Source: an uncultured Planctomycetia bacterium (GTDB lineage Bacteria; Omnitrophota; Gorgyraeia; Duberdicusellales; 4484-171). Taken from it: a stretch of 64,000 bases of DNA. Below, piece by piece: positions 41,695 through 51,318 of the stretch (within the stretch, counting starts at the first letter, position 1; each line of letters opens with the position of its first letter). Under the pieces are notes generated by a model, which saw only the letters and a program-made list of their open reading frames with translations, did not search any database and was not told where the DNA came from. The position numbers were made by a program, and so were the translations under genes. Location of the stretch: positions 5,345-69,344 of the forward strand of contig CAZWON010000003.1 in assembly GCA_964635565.1 (NCBI GenBank), read 5' to 3'.

Positions 41695-42588
41695 TTACCT
41701 TACATAATTCGCACAGCTTAACACAAACCCTATCACCGCATTAGAAAGATTATTTTCGTCTACATCTAAAGATTCTCTTTCTGCAATGGCCTCAAAAATA
41801 TAATAGAGCTTTATCTGTCTTTCGGCAAGATTACTAATCTTTCTCCTCATATCTTCCTCATATTTTTTAATATCCCTTTCCTCTACCCCTCGTCTTCTCA
41901 AATCTGATATATGAAGATTAAAAAGCCTCTCTTCCTGTTGCTTTAATAAAACAGTGGGGACATCTATATTTATTCTTTTTATAAGCTCATTAGTAACAAT
42001 CTCTTCTATATCGGTGCGTCTTATTCTTAGTTTATTGACAAAAATCTCCCCTCGGATAGCTTCTCTTAAATCTTCCTTAGAGGAATAACCTGCCCATTTT
42101 GCCAATTCCTCATCAGAATAGTCCTTTTTGGTAACTTTTTTTACATCATCTTTAAGCTGAGTAATTAACTTTTCTATCTCAATTCCCTCTACCTCTGTTT
42201 TCTTAACTTTTACTTTTATATTTTTATAATCTTCGTCTTTAAGCTCTAAATGGGGCTTTACCTCGAATTCAGCATAAAAAGACAGTCCTTTCTCTCTAAA
42301 ATCAACGTCATAAATCCTTGGTAGACCTACCGCTTTTAATTCATTCTTCTCTAATGCTTGGGAATAATAGCTGGGGATAATCCTTTTTAAAAATGTTTCC
42401 TCTAAAAACTTCTTATAGTGCTTCTCTACAACTTCCAAAGGTGCACTTCCCTTTCTAAAACCAGGAACATTTAACTCTTTAGAAAGTTCTTTATAAATTT
42501 CCTTCTTATCCTTCAATAAAACATCCTCTTCTACTTCTACCTTTAAAACTCTTTTTAACCTGTTGAGCTTTTTTATTTCTGTTCTCAT
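41695..42588 (-). CDS. tig: Trigger factor, short form lacking the central FKBP PPIase domain
   Basis: N-terminal ribosome-binding motif GFRKGSAPLEVV and C-terminal domain LYYIFEAIAERESLDVDENNL. Only 297 aa with no FKBP-like segment. Upstream of clpP as usual. Confidence 0.65.
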   Translation of the reverse strand: MRTEIKKLNRLKRVLKVEVEEDVLLKDKKEIYKELSKELNVPGFRKGSAPLEVVEKHYKKFLEETFLKRIIPSYYSQALEKNELKAVGLPRIYDVDFREKGLSFYAEFEVKPHLELKDEDYKNIKVKVKKTEVEGIEIEKLITQLKDDVKKVTKKDYSDEELAKWAGYSSKEDLREAIRGEIFVNKLRIRRTDIEEIVTNELIKRINIDVPTVLLKQQEERLFNLHISDLRRRGVEERDIKKYEEDMRRKISNLAERQIKLYYIFEAIAERESLDVDENNLSNAVIGFVLSCANYVR

Positions 42589-42597
42589 TCGTCCTTC

Positions 42598-43332
42598 TTA
42601 TAAAACAAAATTATCACCTAAATATATCTGACGTGCTTTAGGATTATTAATTAAATCTGTGGAACTGCCCGAAATTAAAATTTTACCTTCAGCAATAAGA
42701 TAGGCCCTATCAGTAATAGAAAGTGTTTCACGTACATTATGATCGGTAAGAAGAATCCCTATACCTTTTTTCTTAAGATTAGCTATTATCTGCTTTGCCT
42801 CATTTACAATAATAGGGTCAATCCCGCTAAAAGGCTCATCCAAAAGAAGAAATGAAGGATTAGTAACTAAAGCACGTGTTATTTCTAAACGGCGGACTTC
42901 TCCTCCACTTAAAGTATAGGCTTTATTCTTCCTAAGATGAGCGATATTAAGTTCTTTTAATAGAGATTCTAAACGTTGATATCTCTCTTTTCTTGTAAGA
43001 GGAAGGATTTCTAAAATTGCCATAATATTTTCTTCTACAGTAAGTTTTCGGAACACAGAAGATTCCTGAGAAAGATAACCAATGCCATATCTACTTCTTA
43101 TATGAATAGGAAGATGTGTAATATCTTGGTTATCAAAAAGGATCTGGCCACTATCAGGAGAAATTATGCCTACAATCATATAAAAACAAGTTGTTTTACC
43201 TGCGCCATTAGGCCCAAGTAAACCTACTACCTCTCCTCTCTTTACAGTAATATCTATTCCTCTTACTACCTTTTTCCCATTATAAGATTTGGACAAGTCC
43301 TTTACTTCAAGGATTCTCATCTCTTCTCCCAA
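42598..43332 (-). CDS. lptB: LPS export ABC transporter ATP-binding protein
   Basis: Walker A GPNGAGKTT, ABC signature LSGGEVRRLEI, 244 aa, adjacent to lptA/C. Confidence 0.88.
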   Translation of the reverse strand: MGEEMRILEVKDLSKSYNGKKVVRGIDITVKRGEVVGLLGPNGAGKTTCFYMIVGIISPDSGQILFDNQDITHLPIHIRSRYGIGYLSQESSVFRKLTVEENIMAILEILPLTRKERYQRLESLLKELNIAHLRKNKAYTLSGGEVRRLEITRALVTNPSFLLLDEPFSGIDPIIVNEAKQIIANLKKKGIGILLTDHNVRETLSITDRAYLIAEGKILISGSSTDLINNPKARQIYLGDNFVL

Positions 43333-44134
43333 AAAAAGATTTTGATTTTCCTTTAGGGAAAATTATAAGTCGGGGTTGCCCTTCTAAAGTAATCTTATTT
43401 TCTTTTTGAAAATATATAGCCCTTTCTGCAAAGGTAACATTATCATCTCTTATAACCTTAACATCTCCTTCTGCAACAACTTTATTTACCTGACTATTTA
43501 CCGTATCAAAATATACTGTAGCCTTATTAGCAAACATCTTCCCCTGAATATTATCAACTACAACATTATTATTAAATATAGCCTTGCCTTCATTATAGTT
43601 TATCTCAAGAGGCCCATTACATTTAATATTTATAACACCATCTTTACTAAATAAATTTACTTTCACTTCTTTGCCAAAACTAACTTTATTAAGTTCTGTA
43701 TCAGCATTCATTCCTTTTGCTTCAACTTTAAGAGCACTTTCTTTCCTTATTTCTACTTTCTCATCAGTATATACTCTGTTTTTATTCTGCTCCCAACTTA
43801 AAGTACTAGTCTCTAATTCTATCCCTTTTTTACTATTTATATGAACGTCATTATTTAAATAAACATTCATATTTTCTTTATCCAAGTGCGCTTTATCTGC
43901 CTTTATATCTATAGTATCATCTTCTCTAAAATACTTTGCCTTCATCTGGTCTATCTTTACATATCTTTCAGAGACAAGAGCTTTTTCCCCTTTTACCTCC
44001 CATTCTTTTTCTCCATTATTTTTATAATTGGAAAGGTAAAAATCCTCAATTTTTTGCTGAGGATAAACAGAAAAACAAACAGAAAAACAAATTAATATAC
44101 CAAAGTATCGAACTATGTCAATATACTTTCTCAC
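43307..44134 (-). CDS. LptA/LptC (OstA-like) family periplasmic LPS transport protein
   Basis: N-terminal hydrophobic anchor or signal, OstA-like beta-jellyroll repeats; 275 aa, upstream of lptB. Confidence 0.6.
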   Translation of the reverse strand: MRKYIDIVRYFGILICFSVCFSVYPQQKIEDFYLSNYKNNGEKEWEVKGEKALVSERYVKIDQMKAKYFREDDTIDIKADKAHLDKENMNVYLNNDVHINSKKGIELETSTLSWEQNKNRVYTDEKVEIRKESALKVEAKGMNADTELNKVSFGKEVKVNLFSKDGVINIKCNGPLEINYNEGKAIFNNNVVVDNIQGKMFANKATVYFDTVNSQVNKVVAEGDVKVIRDDNVTFAERAIYFQKENKITLEGQPRLIIFPKGKSKSFFGRRDENP

Positions 44135-44165
44135 TTTAATCTTTACATTTAAATAAAAAGACTAC

Positions 44166-44696
44166 TTATGATTTTGAGATAAATAAATTGCCTAAAGATT
44201 CTCTCCATATGCCTTTTGATTTTAAAATGAGCTCTACAACTTCTCTTACTGCTCCTTTACCTCCTTTGTGTTGAGTAACATACTGAGCTACTCTTTTAAC
44301 TTCCTTACAAGCATCCCCTACTGCTACAGGCAAACCTATCTTTCTCATTATACCTATATCAATCAAATCATCTCCTACAAAACATATCTCACTGGTAGCA
44401 ACCCTGTATCTTTTTCTTATTTCTCCAAGAAGCTTTTCCTTAGGCAGAACTCCCCCGTATACATCTGCCCCCATATCTTTTGCCCGCCTTCTTACTACAG
44501 CTGAATCCCTGGCAGTAAGAAGAACTACTTTTATCCCTGCTTTTACCAAAAGAAATATACCTAATCCATCTTTTACATTGAAAACTTTAAGCTCCCTCCC
44601 TAAACTATCGTAAATTATCTCTCCTTTTGTTAATACACCATCTACATCTAAAATAAGTAACTTCACTTTTCTAAATAAATATTCTGCCTTTTTCAC
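44166..44696 (-). CDS. kdsC: 3-deoxy-D-manno-octulosonate 8-phosphate phosphatase
   Basis: LLILDVDGVLT HAD motif I, ...VCFVGDDLIDI motif; 176 aa. Confidence 0.85.
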   Translation of the reverse strand: MKKAEYLFRKVKLLILDVDGVLTKGEIIYDSLGRELKVFNVKDGLGIFLLVKAGIKVVLLTARDSAVVRRRAKDMGADVYGGVLPKEKLLGEIRKRYRVATSEICFVGDDLIDIGIMRKIGLPVAVGDACKEVKRVAQYVTQHKGGKGAVREVVELILKSKGIWRESLGNLFISKS

Positions 44697-44715
44697 TCTT
44701 ATTTCTTAACTTCTA

Positions 44716-45693
44716 TTAAATAATTCCTGCAGCAATTAAATCCTGCACATCAAGCATACCTACAACCCGAAGGGTCCTATCTACTACAGGAACTTCGTCA
44801 ATTTTTCTTCTTTCTAAAACCTTAAGAGCATAAGAAGCTAAATCATCTTCATAAACTTTAGTAGGATTTTTTGTCATCACCTCTTTTATTTTTTTCTCAA
44901 GAATATAAGGGTCTTTTTCTAAGTTTCTTCTTAGGTCTCCATCAGTAAATATTCCTACTAACCTTTTTTTTCTATCCACTACCGAAGCTGCTCCTGCATG
45001 TGAAGAGGTGATTTTAACTAAAACTTCTTTTACCAAAGTGTTCTCATTAACTATCGGGTTAAATTTTCCCCTTCGCATAATATCTTCCACCTTAAGCAAT
45101 AATTTCCTTCCCAAAGAACCACGGGGATGAAAAAAAGCAAAATCTTTTTCTCGAAATCCTTTTATTTTCTGCAAACATACTGCTACAGCATCACACATCG
45201 CCAACATTGCTGTAGTAGATGTAGTAGGAGCTAAACCTAAAGAGCATGCCTCCTTTTCCACCTTAACATCAATAATGCTATCAGCGTATTTTGCAAGCTT
45301 AGAGTGTTTGTTCCCGGTAAAAGCGATTATCATAGCGCCAATTTTTTTTATAAAAGGAATGAGATTTTTTATCTCTTCTGTCTCTCCACTATAAGAAAAT
45401 ATACATACAACATCATCTTCTTTAATTCTGCCTAAATCACCATGTACTGCTTCTGCTGCATGCAACCAGAAAGAACTAGAACCTGTGGAAGATAAAGTTG
45501 CTGAAAATTTTTGACCTATAATACCTGCCTTACCCATACCTGTAACAACAACTCTTCCTTTACAAAAAGCAAGGAGTTTAATCGCTTTTAGAAAATTATA
45601 ATTAATATTATTCCTTAAATTTTTTACTGCCTTTGCCTCAATAGTTAATACATCCTTAGCCCACTTTTCTATTTTTTTTCTATTAATCTTCAT
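44716..45693 (-). CDS. kdsD: Arabinose-5-phosphate isomerase (SIS plus tandem CBS domains)
   Basis: GRVVVTGMGKAGIIGQKF SIS motif, C-terminal CBS pair; 325 aa. Confidence 0.88.
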   Translation of the reverse strand: MKINRKKIEKWAKDVLTIEAKAVKNLRNNINYNFLKAIKLLAFCKGRVVVTGMGKAGIIGQKFSATLSSTGSSSFWLHAAEAVHGDLGRIKEDDVVCIFSYSGETEEIKNLIPFIKKIGAMIIAFTGNKHSKLAKYADSIIDVKVEKEACSLGLAPTTSTTAMLAMCDAVAVCLQKIKGFREKDFAFFHPRGSLGRKLLLKVEDIMRRGKFNPIVNENTLVKEVLVKITSSHAGAASVVDRKKRLVGIFTDGDLRRNLEKDPYILEKKIKEVMTKNPTKVYEDDLASYALKVLERRKIDEVPVVDRTLRVVGMLDVQDLIAAGII

Positions 45694-46477
45694 TTCTTAC
45701 TTCCCTTATTTTAATAATCTTCTCTATTAATTTTCCTATATCTTTTAAAGGAAAAGAAGTTGCTCTATCGGAAAGAGCTTTTTGGGGATTAGGATGGACC
45801 TCCAAAAATATGCCATCAACCCCACATCCAACACCTGCTAAACTTAGAGGATAAATAAATTCCCTATCCCCTCCAGATACTCCTTTCTCCAAAGAAGGTT
45901 TTTGCAAAGAATGGGTAACATCAAAAATAACAGGATAACCAAATTTCTTCATAATCAAAAAAGAACGAAAATCAACAATGAGATTATTATAACCGAAGCA
46001 ACTGCCTCTCTCCGTAATAAAAATTTTTTTATTTCCCGTTGATGTTATCTTTTCAATTACATACTTTATATCATAGGGAGACATAAATTGCGCCTTCTTA
46101 ACATTTATAAACTTAAAAGTCTTCGCAGCCTTTATTATCAAATCGGTCTGTCGAGACAAAAATGCTGGTATCTGAATAACATCAAGCACTTTCTCGGCCT
46201 CTTTAATATCATTTTGGCAATGAACATCACTCAAAATTTTAAGGCCTAATTTTTCTTTAACATATGCAAGTATCTTTAAACCTTTCTTTAATCCCGGACC
46301 ACGAAATGACTTAAGAGAAGTCCTGTTTGCTTTATAAAAACTTGCTTTAAAGATAAAGTTTATAGAATAGGAGGAAATTATTTCCTTTAAATACTTTGCT
46401 ATTTCAAAAACCTTTCTTTTGCCTTCTATTACACAAGGGCCAGCAATAAAAATAAAATTATTTTTATTTTTTTTCAT
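45683..46477 (-). CDS. kdsA: 2-dehydro-3-deoxyphosphooctonate aldolase (Kdo8P synthase)
   Basis: FIFIAGPCVIE...KASFDKANRTS-like motif (KASFYKANRTS); 264 aa. Confidence 0.88.
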   Translation of the reverse strand: MKKNKNNFIFIAGPCVIEGKRKVFEIAKYLKEIISSYSINFIFKASFYKANRTSLKSFRGPGLKKGLKILAYVKEKLGLKILSDVHCQNDIKEAEKVLDVIQIPAFLSRQTDLIIKAAKTFKFINVKKAQFMSPYDIKYVIEKITSTGNKKIFITERGSCFGYNNLIVDFRSFLIMKKFGYPVIFDVTHSLQKPSLEKGVSGGDREFIYPLSLAGVGCGVDGIFLEVHPNPQKALSDRATSFPLKDIGKLIEKIIKIREVRNED

Positions 46478-48080
46478 AGGACCTATTTAAAGAGGCGTTT
46501 ATAAACTCCCTGAACAGAGGATGCGCCTTATCTGGTTTTGACTTAAACTCAGGATGAAACTGACAGGCTACAAACCACGGATGATTTTTCAACTCCATTA
46601 TCTCTACAAGATTTTTCTTCTCATAAATCCCAGAAAATACTGCTCCTGCGTTTTCAAAAAGACGTCTAAATTTGTTATTAAACTCATAACGATGTCGATG
46701 GCGTTCGTGGACTAAATTTTTTCCATAAGCATAATATGCTTTTGTGTTATCTTTTATTTTACAAGGATAAACTCCCAGACGCATAGTTGCACCTAAATTT
46801 TTCCTTGCTCGCTGAGAAGGTAAAAGAAAAATTACCGCATGCTTCACTTTGCGATTAAATTCTGTTGAATGAACATCGCGTAACCCCAAAACATTCCTGC
46901 AAAATTCAATAGCAGCAAGCTGCATCCCTAAGCAAATTCCTAAAAAAGGGACATTATGTTCGCGGGCAAATTGTATAGCAGAAATTTTTCCTTCAATGCC
47001 TCTCTCACCAAACCCGCCTGGAACGAGAATACCACCCACATCCTCCAGAAGCTCACCAGGCCTTTTTACTTCAATCTCTTCAGAATCTACTTTCTTTATT
47101 ACCACACGGGCATTATTGCTAAATCCCGCATGGCGTAGTGCCTCATAAATAGACTTGTAAGCATCTTGCAACTGGATATATTTACCCACCACAGCGATGC
47201 TTACTTCTCTTTTAGGATACAAAGCTGGTTCCACTACCTTGCTGTACCACTCTTTAAGGTCTTTCTCTTTACATTTTAAATTGAGCTTAGAAACAATAAT
47301 ATCATCCAAACCTTCCTTGCTAAAAATAAGAGGTATCTCATAGACTTCTTTTACATCCAAAGCTTGAATCACTGCCTGGGGGTCTACATTGCAAAATAAT
47401 GCAATTTTTTCTTTTATCTTTTTATTTAAAGGTTGTTCTGTGCGACAAAGAATAATGTCAGGCTGAATCCCTATCTCTCTAAGTTTCCCTACACTATGCT
47501 GAGTGGGTTTTGTCTTAAGCTCTGAAGCTGCCTTTATAAAAGGAATCAAGCTCATATGGATATTTACAGCATTATATCTTCCTAATTCAATTCTCATCTG
47601 TCTTATCGCCTCTAAGAAGGGTAAACTCTCAATATCTCCCACTGTGCCACCAATTTCTACAATGACAATATCGAATTTCTTATACGCAGAGGCTTTTTTA
47701 ATAAATGCCTTAATCTCATCTGTTATATGAGGAATAACCTGAACCGTACTTCCCAAATAATCACCTTTTCTTTCTTTAGTGATAACAGAATGATAGATTT
47801 TGCCTGTAGTTATATTGTTGTTACTATTTACCACAATCGAAGTAAACCGTTCATAATGTCCTAAATCTAAATCTGTCTCTGCTCCATCATCAGTAACATA
47901 AACCTCTCCATGCTGAAAAGGATTCATCGTACCTGCATCAACATTAATATAGGGATCACATTTTATAATATTAACCTTAAGACCACGGGACTCTAAAAGT
48001 CTTCCTATACAGGCAGAGGCAATTCCTTTTCCTAAACTAGATACCACCCCTCCTGTTATAAAAATATATTTCTTAGGCAT
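46464..48080 (-). CDS. pyrG: CTP synthase
   Basis: MPKKYIFITGGVVSSLGKGI...; glutamine amidotransferase triad region GICLGMQ; 538 aa. Confidence 0.9.
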   Translation of the reverse strand: MPKKYIFITGGVVSSLGKGIASACIGRLLESRGLKVNIIKCDPYINVDAGTMNPFQHGEVYVTDDGAETDLDLGHYERFTSIVVNSNNNITTGKIYHSVITKERKGDYLGSTVQVIPHITDEIKAFIKKASAYKKFDIVIVEIGGTVGDIESLPFLEAIRQMRIELGRYNAVNIHMSLIPFIKAASELKTKPTQHSVGKLREIGIQPDIILCRTEQPLNKKIKEKIALFCNVDPQAVIQALDVKEVYEIPLIFSKEGLDDIIVSKLNLKCKEKDLKEWYSKVVEPALYPKREVSIAVVGKYIQLQDAYKSIYEALRHAGFSNNARVVIKKVDSEEIEVKRPGELLEDVGGILVPGGFGERGIEGKISAIQFAREHNVPFLGICLGMQLAAIEFCRNVLGLRDVHSTEFNRKVKHAVIFLLPSQRARKNLGATMRLGVYPCKIKDNTKAYYAYGKNLVHERHRHRYEFNNKFRRLFENAGAVFSGIYEKKNLVEIMELKNHPWFVACQFHPEFKSKPDKAHPLFREFINASLNRSYEKK

Positions 48081-48810
48081 ATCCTTTTTGAGATAAAATT
48101 CTCTCTACTTTCCTCAAATCCTCCTCTGTATCCACACCCCAAGAATCAAAATTAGTCTCGATAACCTTAATCTTAATTCCTGCCTCAAGAGCTCTTAACT
48201 GTTCTAAGCGCTCAGCCTCTTCAAGAAAAGAATAAGGAAGATTTTTAAAAGTATATAGGAAGTCTTTCGTATACGCATATATTCCTAAGTGCTTATAATA
48301 AATTGATTCTTTATCTTTATCCCTATAGAAAGGTATGGGCAAACGGGAAAAATAAAGAGCAAAATTGTCTTTATCCGTAACTACTTTTACAATATTAACA
48401 TCATTTATTTCCTCAATATCATCTATCTTTTTTTTAACTGTAGCCATAACTAAATCATAATCATCACTCATACAGGAAACAAGACTGTCAATAATAGAAG
48501 GATGAATCAAAGGTTCGTCAGCCTGAATATTAACAATTACCCTTGCATCTATATCTCCTACTACCTCTGCTATTCTATCACTTCCTGAACGATGACCGGA
48601 GGAAGTCAAGACAACCTCTCCTCCAAAATCTTTTACTATTCTTTCTATCTGAACACTGTCACACGCTACAATTAGCTTATCGAGCAAATGTGCTTTTTTA
48701 GCACTTTCCCACGTCCATTGAATAAGAGGCTTACCTAATATTTTCCTTAAGAGTTTATGAGATAATCTCTGTGATTCTAAACGTGCGGGTATAACCCCTA
48801 TTGTCTCCAT
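48073..48810 (-). CDS. kdsB: 3-deoxy-manno-octulosonate cytidylyltransferase (CMP-Kdo synthetase)
   Basis: IGVIPARLESQRLSHKLL...NIQADEP; 245 aa. Confidence 0.88.
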   Translation of the reverse strand: METIGVIPARLESQRLSHKLLRKILGKPLIQWTWESAKKAHLLDKLIVACDSVQIERIVKDFGGEVVLTSSGHRSGSDRIAEVVGDIDARVIVNIQADEPLIHPSIIDSLVSCMSDDYDLVMATVKKKIDDIEEINDVNIVKVVTDKDNFALYFSRLPIPFYRDKDKESIYYKHLGIYAYTKDFLYTFKNLPYSFLEEAERLEQLRALEAGIKIKVIETNFDSWGVDTEEDLRKVERILSQKGYA

Positions 48811-48811
48811 C

Positions 48812-49816
48812 TCAGTGGATAACTAATTTATTAAAACTATTATCTATTACTTCTCGCAGTTCCTGAGGATGTGTAGTAGAAGCACCGAGTTTACCTACTA
48901 CAATTCCTGCAGCAAAATTAGCCAAAATAGCAGCGTCTAAAAAGGAAGCGCCTGCTGTTAAACTCAAGGTAAAAACAGCTATTACTGTGTCTCCTGCTCC
49001 TGTAACATCAAACACCTCCAGTGCAGTGGTAGGAATCTTATAATCTTTGCTCTCGCAAAATAATCTCATTCCTTCCTCTCCCAAAGTAATAAGTAATGCT
49101 TTGGGCTTTATTTTCTCTATAATTGCATTACCTAAAATCTCAATATCAGAAGATTTTTTCACCTTAAATCCAGCAGTATATTCTGCTTCTTTTAGGTTAG
49201 GCGTGAGAGCAGTCACTCCTTCATAATAATCCAGATGCTCTTCTTTTGGGTCAACAGTTATTATCTTACTCTTTTTCTTACATAAACTCACCAACCCCTC
49301 TACCAGATAAGAATTAATCATCCCTTTACCATAATCTTCTAAAATAATAGCGTCAAATTTATCAATTGCTTTTTTAACCTTTCTCAATATTTTATTACAC
49401 GTATCCAAAGACATCTCCTCATGCGACTCCCAATCCACTCTTACTACTTGTTGGTGTCTAGCAAGAACACGCGTTTTTAGAGTAGTAGGCCTTTTTTTAT
49501 CTTTGATAATAAAACTAGTATCTATCTTTTTCTTTTCTACTAAAGAAAGAAGAACTTTCCCAAAGTAATCCTCACCTACAATACCACATAAACTAACCTT
49601 TGCTTCTAAATCAATAATATTAAGCCCCACATTAGCTGTCCCTCCTCCTACATATTTCTCTCTCCTCGCCCATACTACAGGAACAGGCGCTTCAGGAGAA
49701 ATTCTCTCTACTTCTCCAAAGATATAATGGTCTAAAATAAGGTCTCCTACTACAAGAATTTTTTTACCCTTGAATCGGGAGATAATTTTTTTTAATTTCC
49801 GTGGTGCTATATTCAT
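48812..49816 (-). CDS. hldE: D-glycero-beta-D-manno-heptose-7-phosphate kinase (RfaE domain I only; PfkB family)
   Basis: ILVVGDLILDHYIFGEVERISPEAPVPVV..., C-terminal DVTGAGDT; 334 aa. No adenylyltransferase domain. Confidence 0.78.
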   Translation of the reverse strand: MNIAPRKLKKIISRFKGKKILVVGDLILDHYIFGEVERISPEAPVPVVWARREKYVGGGTANVGLNIIDLEAKVSLCGIVGEDYFGKVLLSLVEKKKIDTSFIIKDKKRPTTLKTRVLARHQQVVRVDWESHEEMSLDTCNKILRKVKKAIDKFDAIILEDYGKGMINSYLVEGLVSLCKKKSKIITVDPKEEHLDYYEGVTALTPNLKEAEYTAGFKVKKSSDIEILGNAIIEKIKPKALLITLGEEGMRLFCESKDYKIPTTALEVFDVTGAGDTVIAVFTLSLTAGASFLDAAILANFAAGIVVGKLGASTTHPQELREVIDNSFNKLVIH

Positions 49817-49959
49817 CTATCTTCTGGACTTACAAATTCCTAAAATAAATATATCTTTTGTTGTAAAAATTGATATTTCTAACTGCGTAATTTTATCATA
49901 CATTACTCACCTTCGCAATATAAATTAAATTAATTTATTAAAATAATAAAGAAAGAAGG

Positions 49960-51318
49960 TTAGAGAAAAGGAAGATAATCTTTACCACTCGACAAAGGGT
50001 TCAAAGACGATTTTATATGAATATCTGGGTGAGTCTTTAAACTAATCAGCTCTCCTTTCTTAGAAGGGGGGAAAACGATCTCTACCTCAGGAGAAAAAAT
50101 ATCATCCTCATTTTGTTTTCTCACTATTCCTACCCATCCTTTATCCAGTTCTACAATTGTACTTATAGGATATACCCCCAAAAACCCAAAAAATTTCTCA
50201 AATAGCCAAGGGTCAAATAATCCCCCTTTTTCTTTAAGCATAATTTCATATATCATCTCAGGAGGGTAGTATCTTTTATAACTTCTTCTTGAACGGAGCG
50301 CATCGTAACAATCACATAGAGAAACCATTAAAGAAATAAAATGAGGCCTTTTAGAATAATGAACCTTAGGATACCCTTTTAGGTCATAACGTAAATGGTG
50401 CTCAAAAGCAACAACAGGCGGAAGCATTCCTAAGGAGTCTACATAACGAAGAAGAATCTCCGCCCCTAAAATAGTGTGGCTCTTAATATATCTCATTTCT
50501 TCCTCAGTCAAAATACCCGGCTTACTAATTACTCTTTGTGATATAGCAATTTTACCCATATCATGGAAAAGACCTGCTATTCCTATTTCTAATACATTCT
50601 CCTTATTCAGTGATAATTTAGAAGCAAAAACCATTGCCAATACACTTACATTCAAAGAGTGAACAAATGTAGATAAATCGTGCCTTTTGATTGAAACAAG
50701 CATAAGTAAATCCCAACGCCCCCCTAAAACCATATCCAAAATACTTTTTATTACTCTACGTGCATCATAAAAATCAATAGATTCCCCCCTTAATATTCCT
50801 TTAAATGATTCAGAAATAGTCTCTAATGTATTTTCATAAATACTTGGTTCTACAACATTAAATTTTCCATCTTTCTTCTTCTCTTTGCTTATTCCAATTT
50901 TCTTCTTCTCTTTGCTTATTCCAATTCTTCCTATCTCAATATGTTCTAATGCCAGATGAGAAAAATAATTTGAAAAATCTTCTGCACTCTCCACTTTTTC
51001 TACAAGTGCTCCTATATATTTTCTCAACTCCTCTTTACTCACTCCTCTTTTAAATATCATTTTTTCAATACCTTTATCCTCCAAATTTTTTGTAAGGACA
51101 CCTAACTTTTTGCTTAACTCAAAGAATACCTCCTTGTCATAAACTAATTCTCCCCCTACAAAACCAATGGTTATATCTTTTGAGCTTTCCAAAATCTCCC
51201 TTAATATTTTATATATATTATCTATCGCTTCTTCTGATTTCGGATGGGTTTGAGAATAAAGCATTATAATTTGAAGTGCAGATGCTAATTCTTTTAAAAA
51301 AAGTTCTATCTTACTCAT
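49960..51318 (-). CDS. HD-GYP domain phosphodiesterase (putative c-di-GMP PDE) with an N-terminal domain of unknown function
   Basis: HDMGKIAI...HHLRYDLKGYP (HD ... HH..GYP); 452 aa. The start overlaps the upstream gene's stop by 4 nt. Confidence 0.78.
   Translation of the reverse strand: MSKIELFLKELASALQIIMLYSQTHPKSEEAIDNIYKILREILESSKDITIGFVGGELVYDKEVFFELSKKLGVLTKNLEDKGIEKMIFKRGVSKEELRKYIGALVEKVESAEDFSNYFSHLALEHIEIGRIGISKEKKKIGISKEKKKDGKFNVVEPSIYENTLETISESFKGILRGESIDFYDARRVIKSILDMVLGGRWDLLMLVSIKRHDLSTFVHSLNVSVLAMVFASKLSLNKENVLEIGIAGLFHDMGKIAISQRVISKPGILTEEEMRYIKSHTILGAEILLRYVDSLGMLPPVVAFEHHLRYDLKGYPKVHYSKRPHFISLMVSLCDCYDALRSRRSYKRYYPPEMIYEIMLKEKGGLFDPWLFEKFFGFLGVYPISTIVELDKGWVGIVRKQNEDDIFSPEVEIVFPPSKKGELISLKTHPDIHIKSSLNPLSSGKDYLPFL
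50873..50926. repeat. Perfect 27-bp in-frame tandem duplication inside the HD-GYP gene (encodes IGISKEKKK twice)
   Basis: ttcttcttctctttgcttattccaatt appears twice back to back; the protein shows KKKIGISKEKKKIGISKEKKK. Confidence 0.8.

Noticed and set aside
41443-42588. Trigger factor as a truncated pseudogene
   Set aside because: Both the N-terminal and C-terminal TF domains are present in one frame. The downstream spacer has stops in all frames and cannot encode the missing ~130 aa, so a naturally PPIase-less tig is more likely than a pseudogene.
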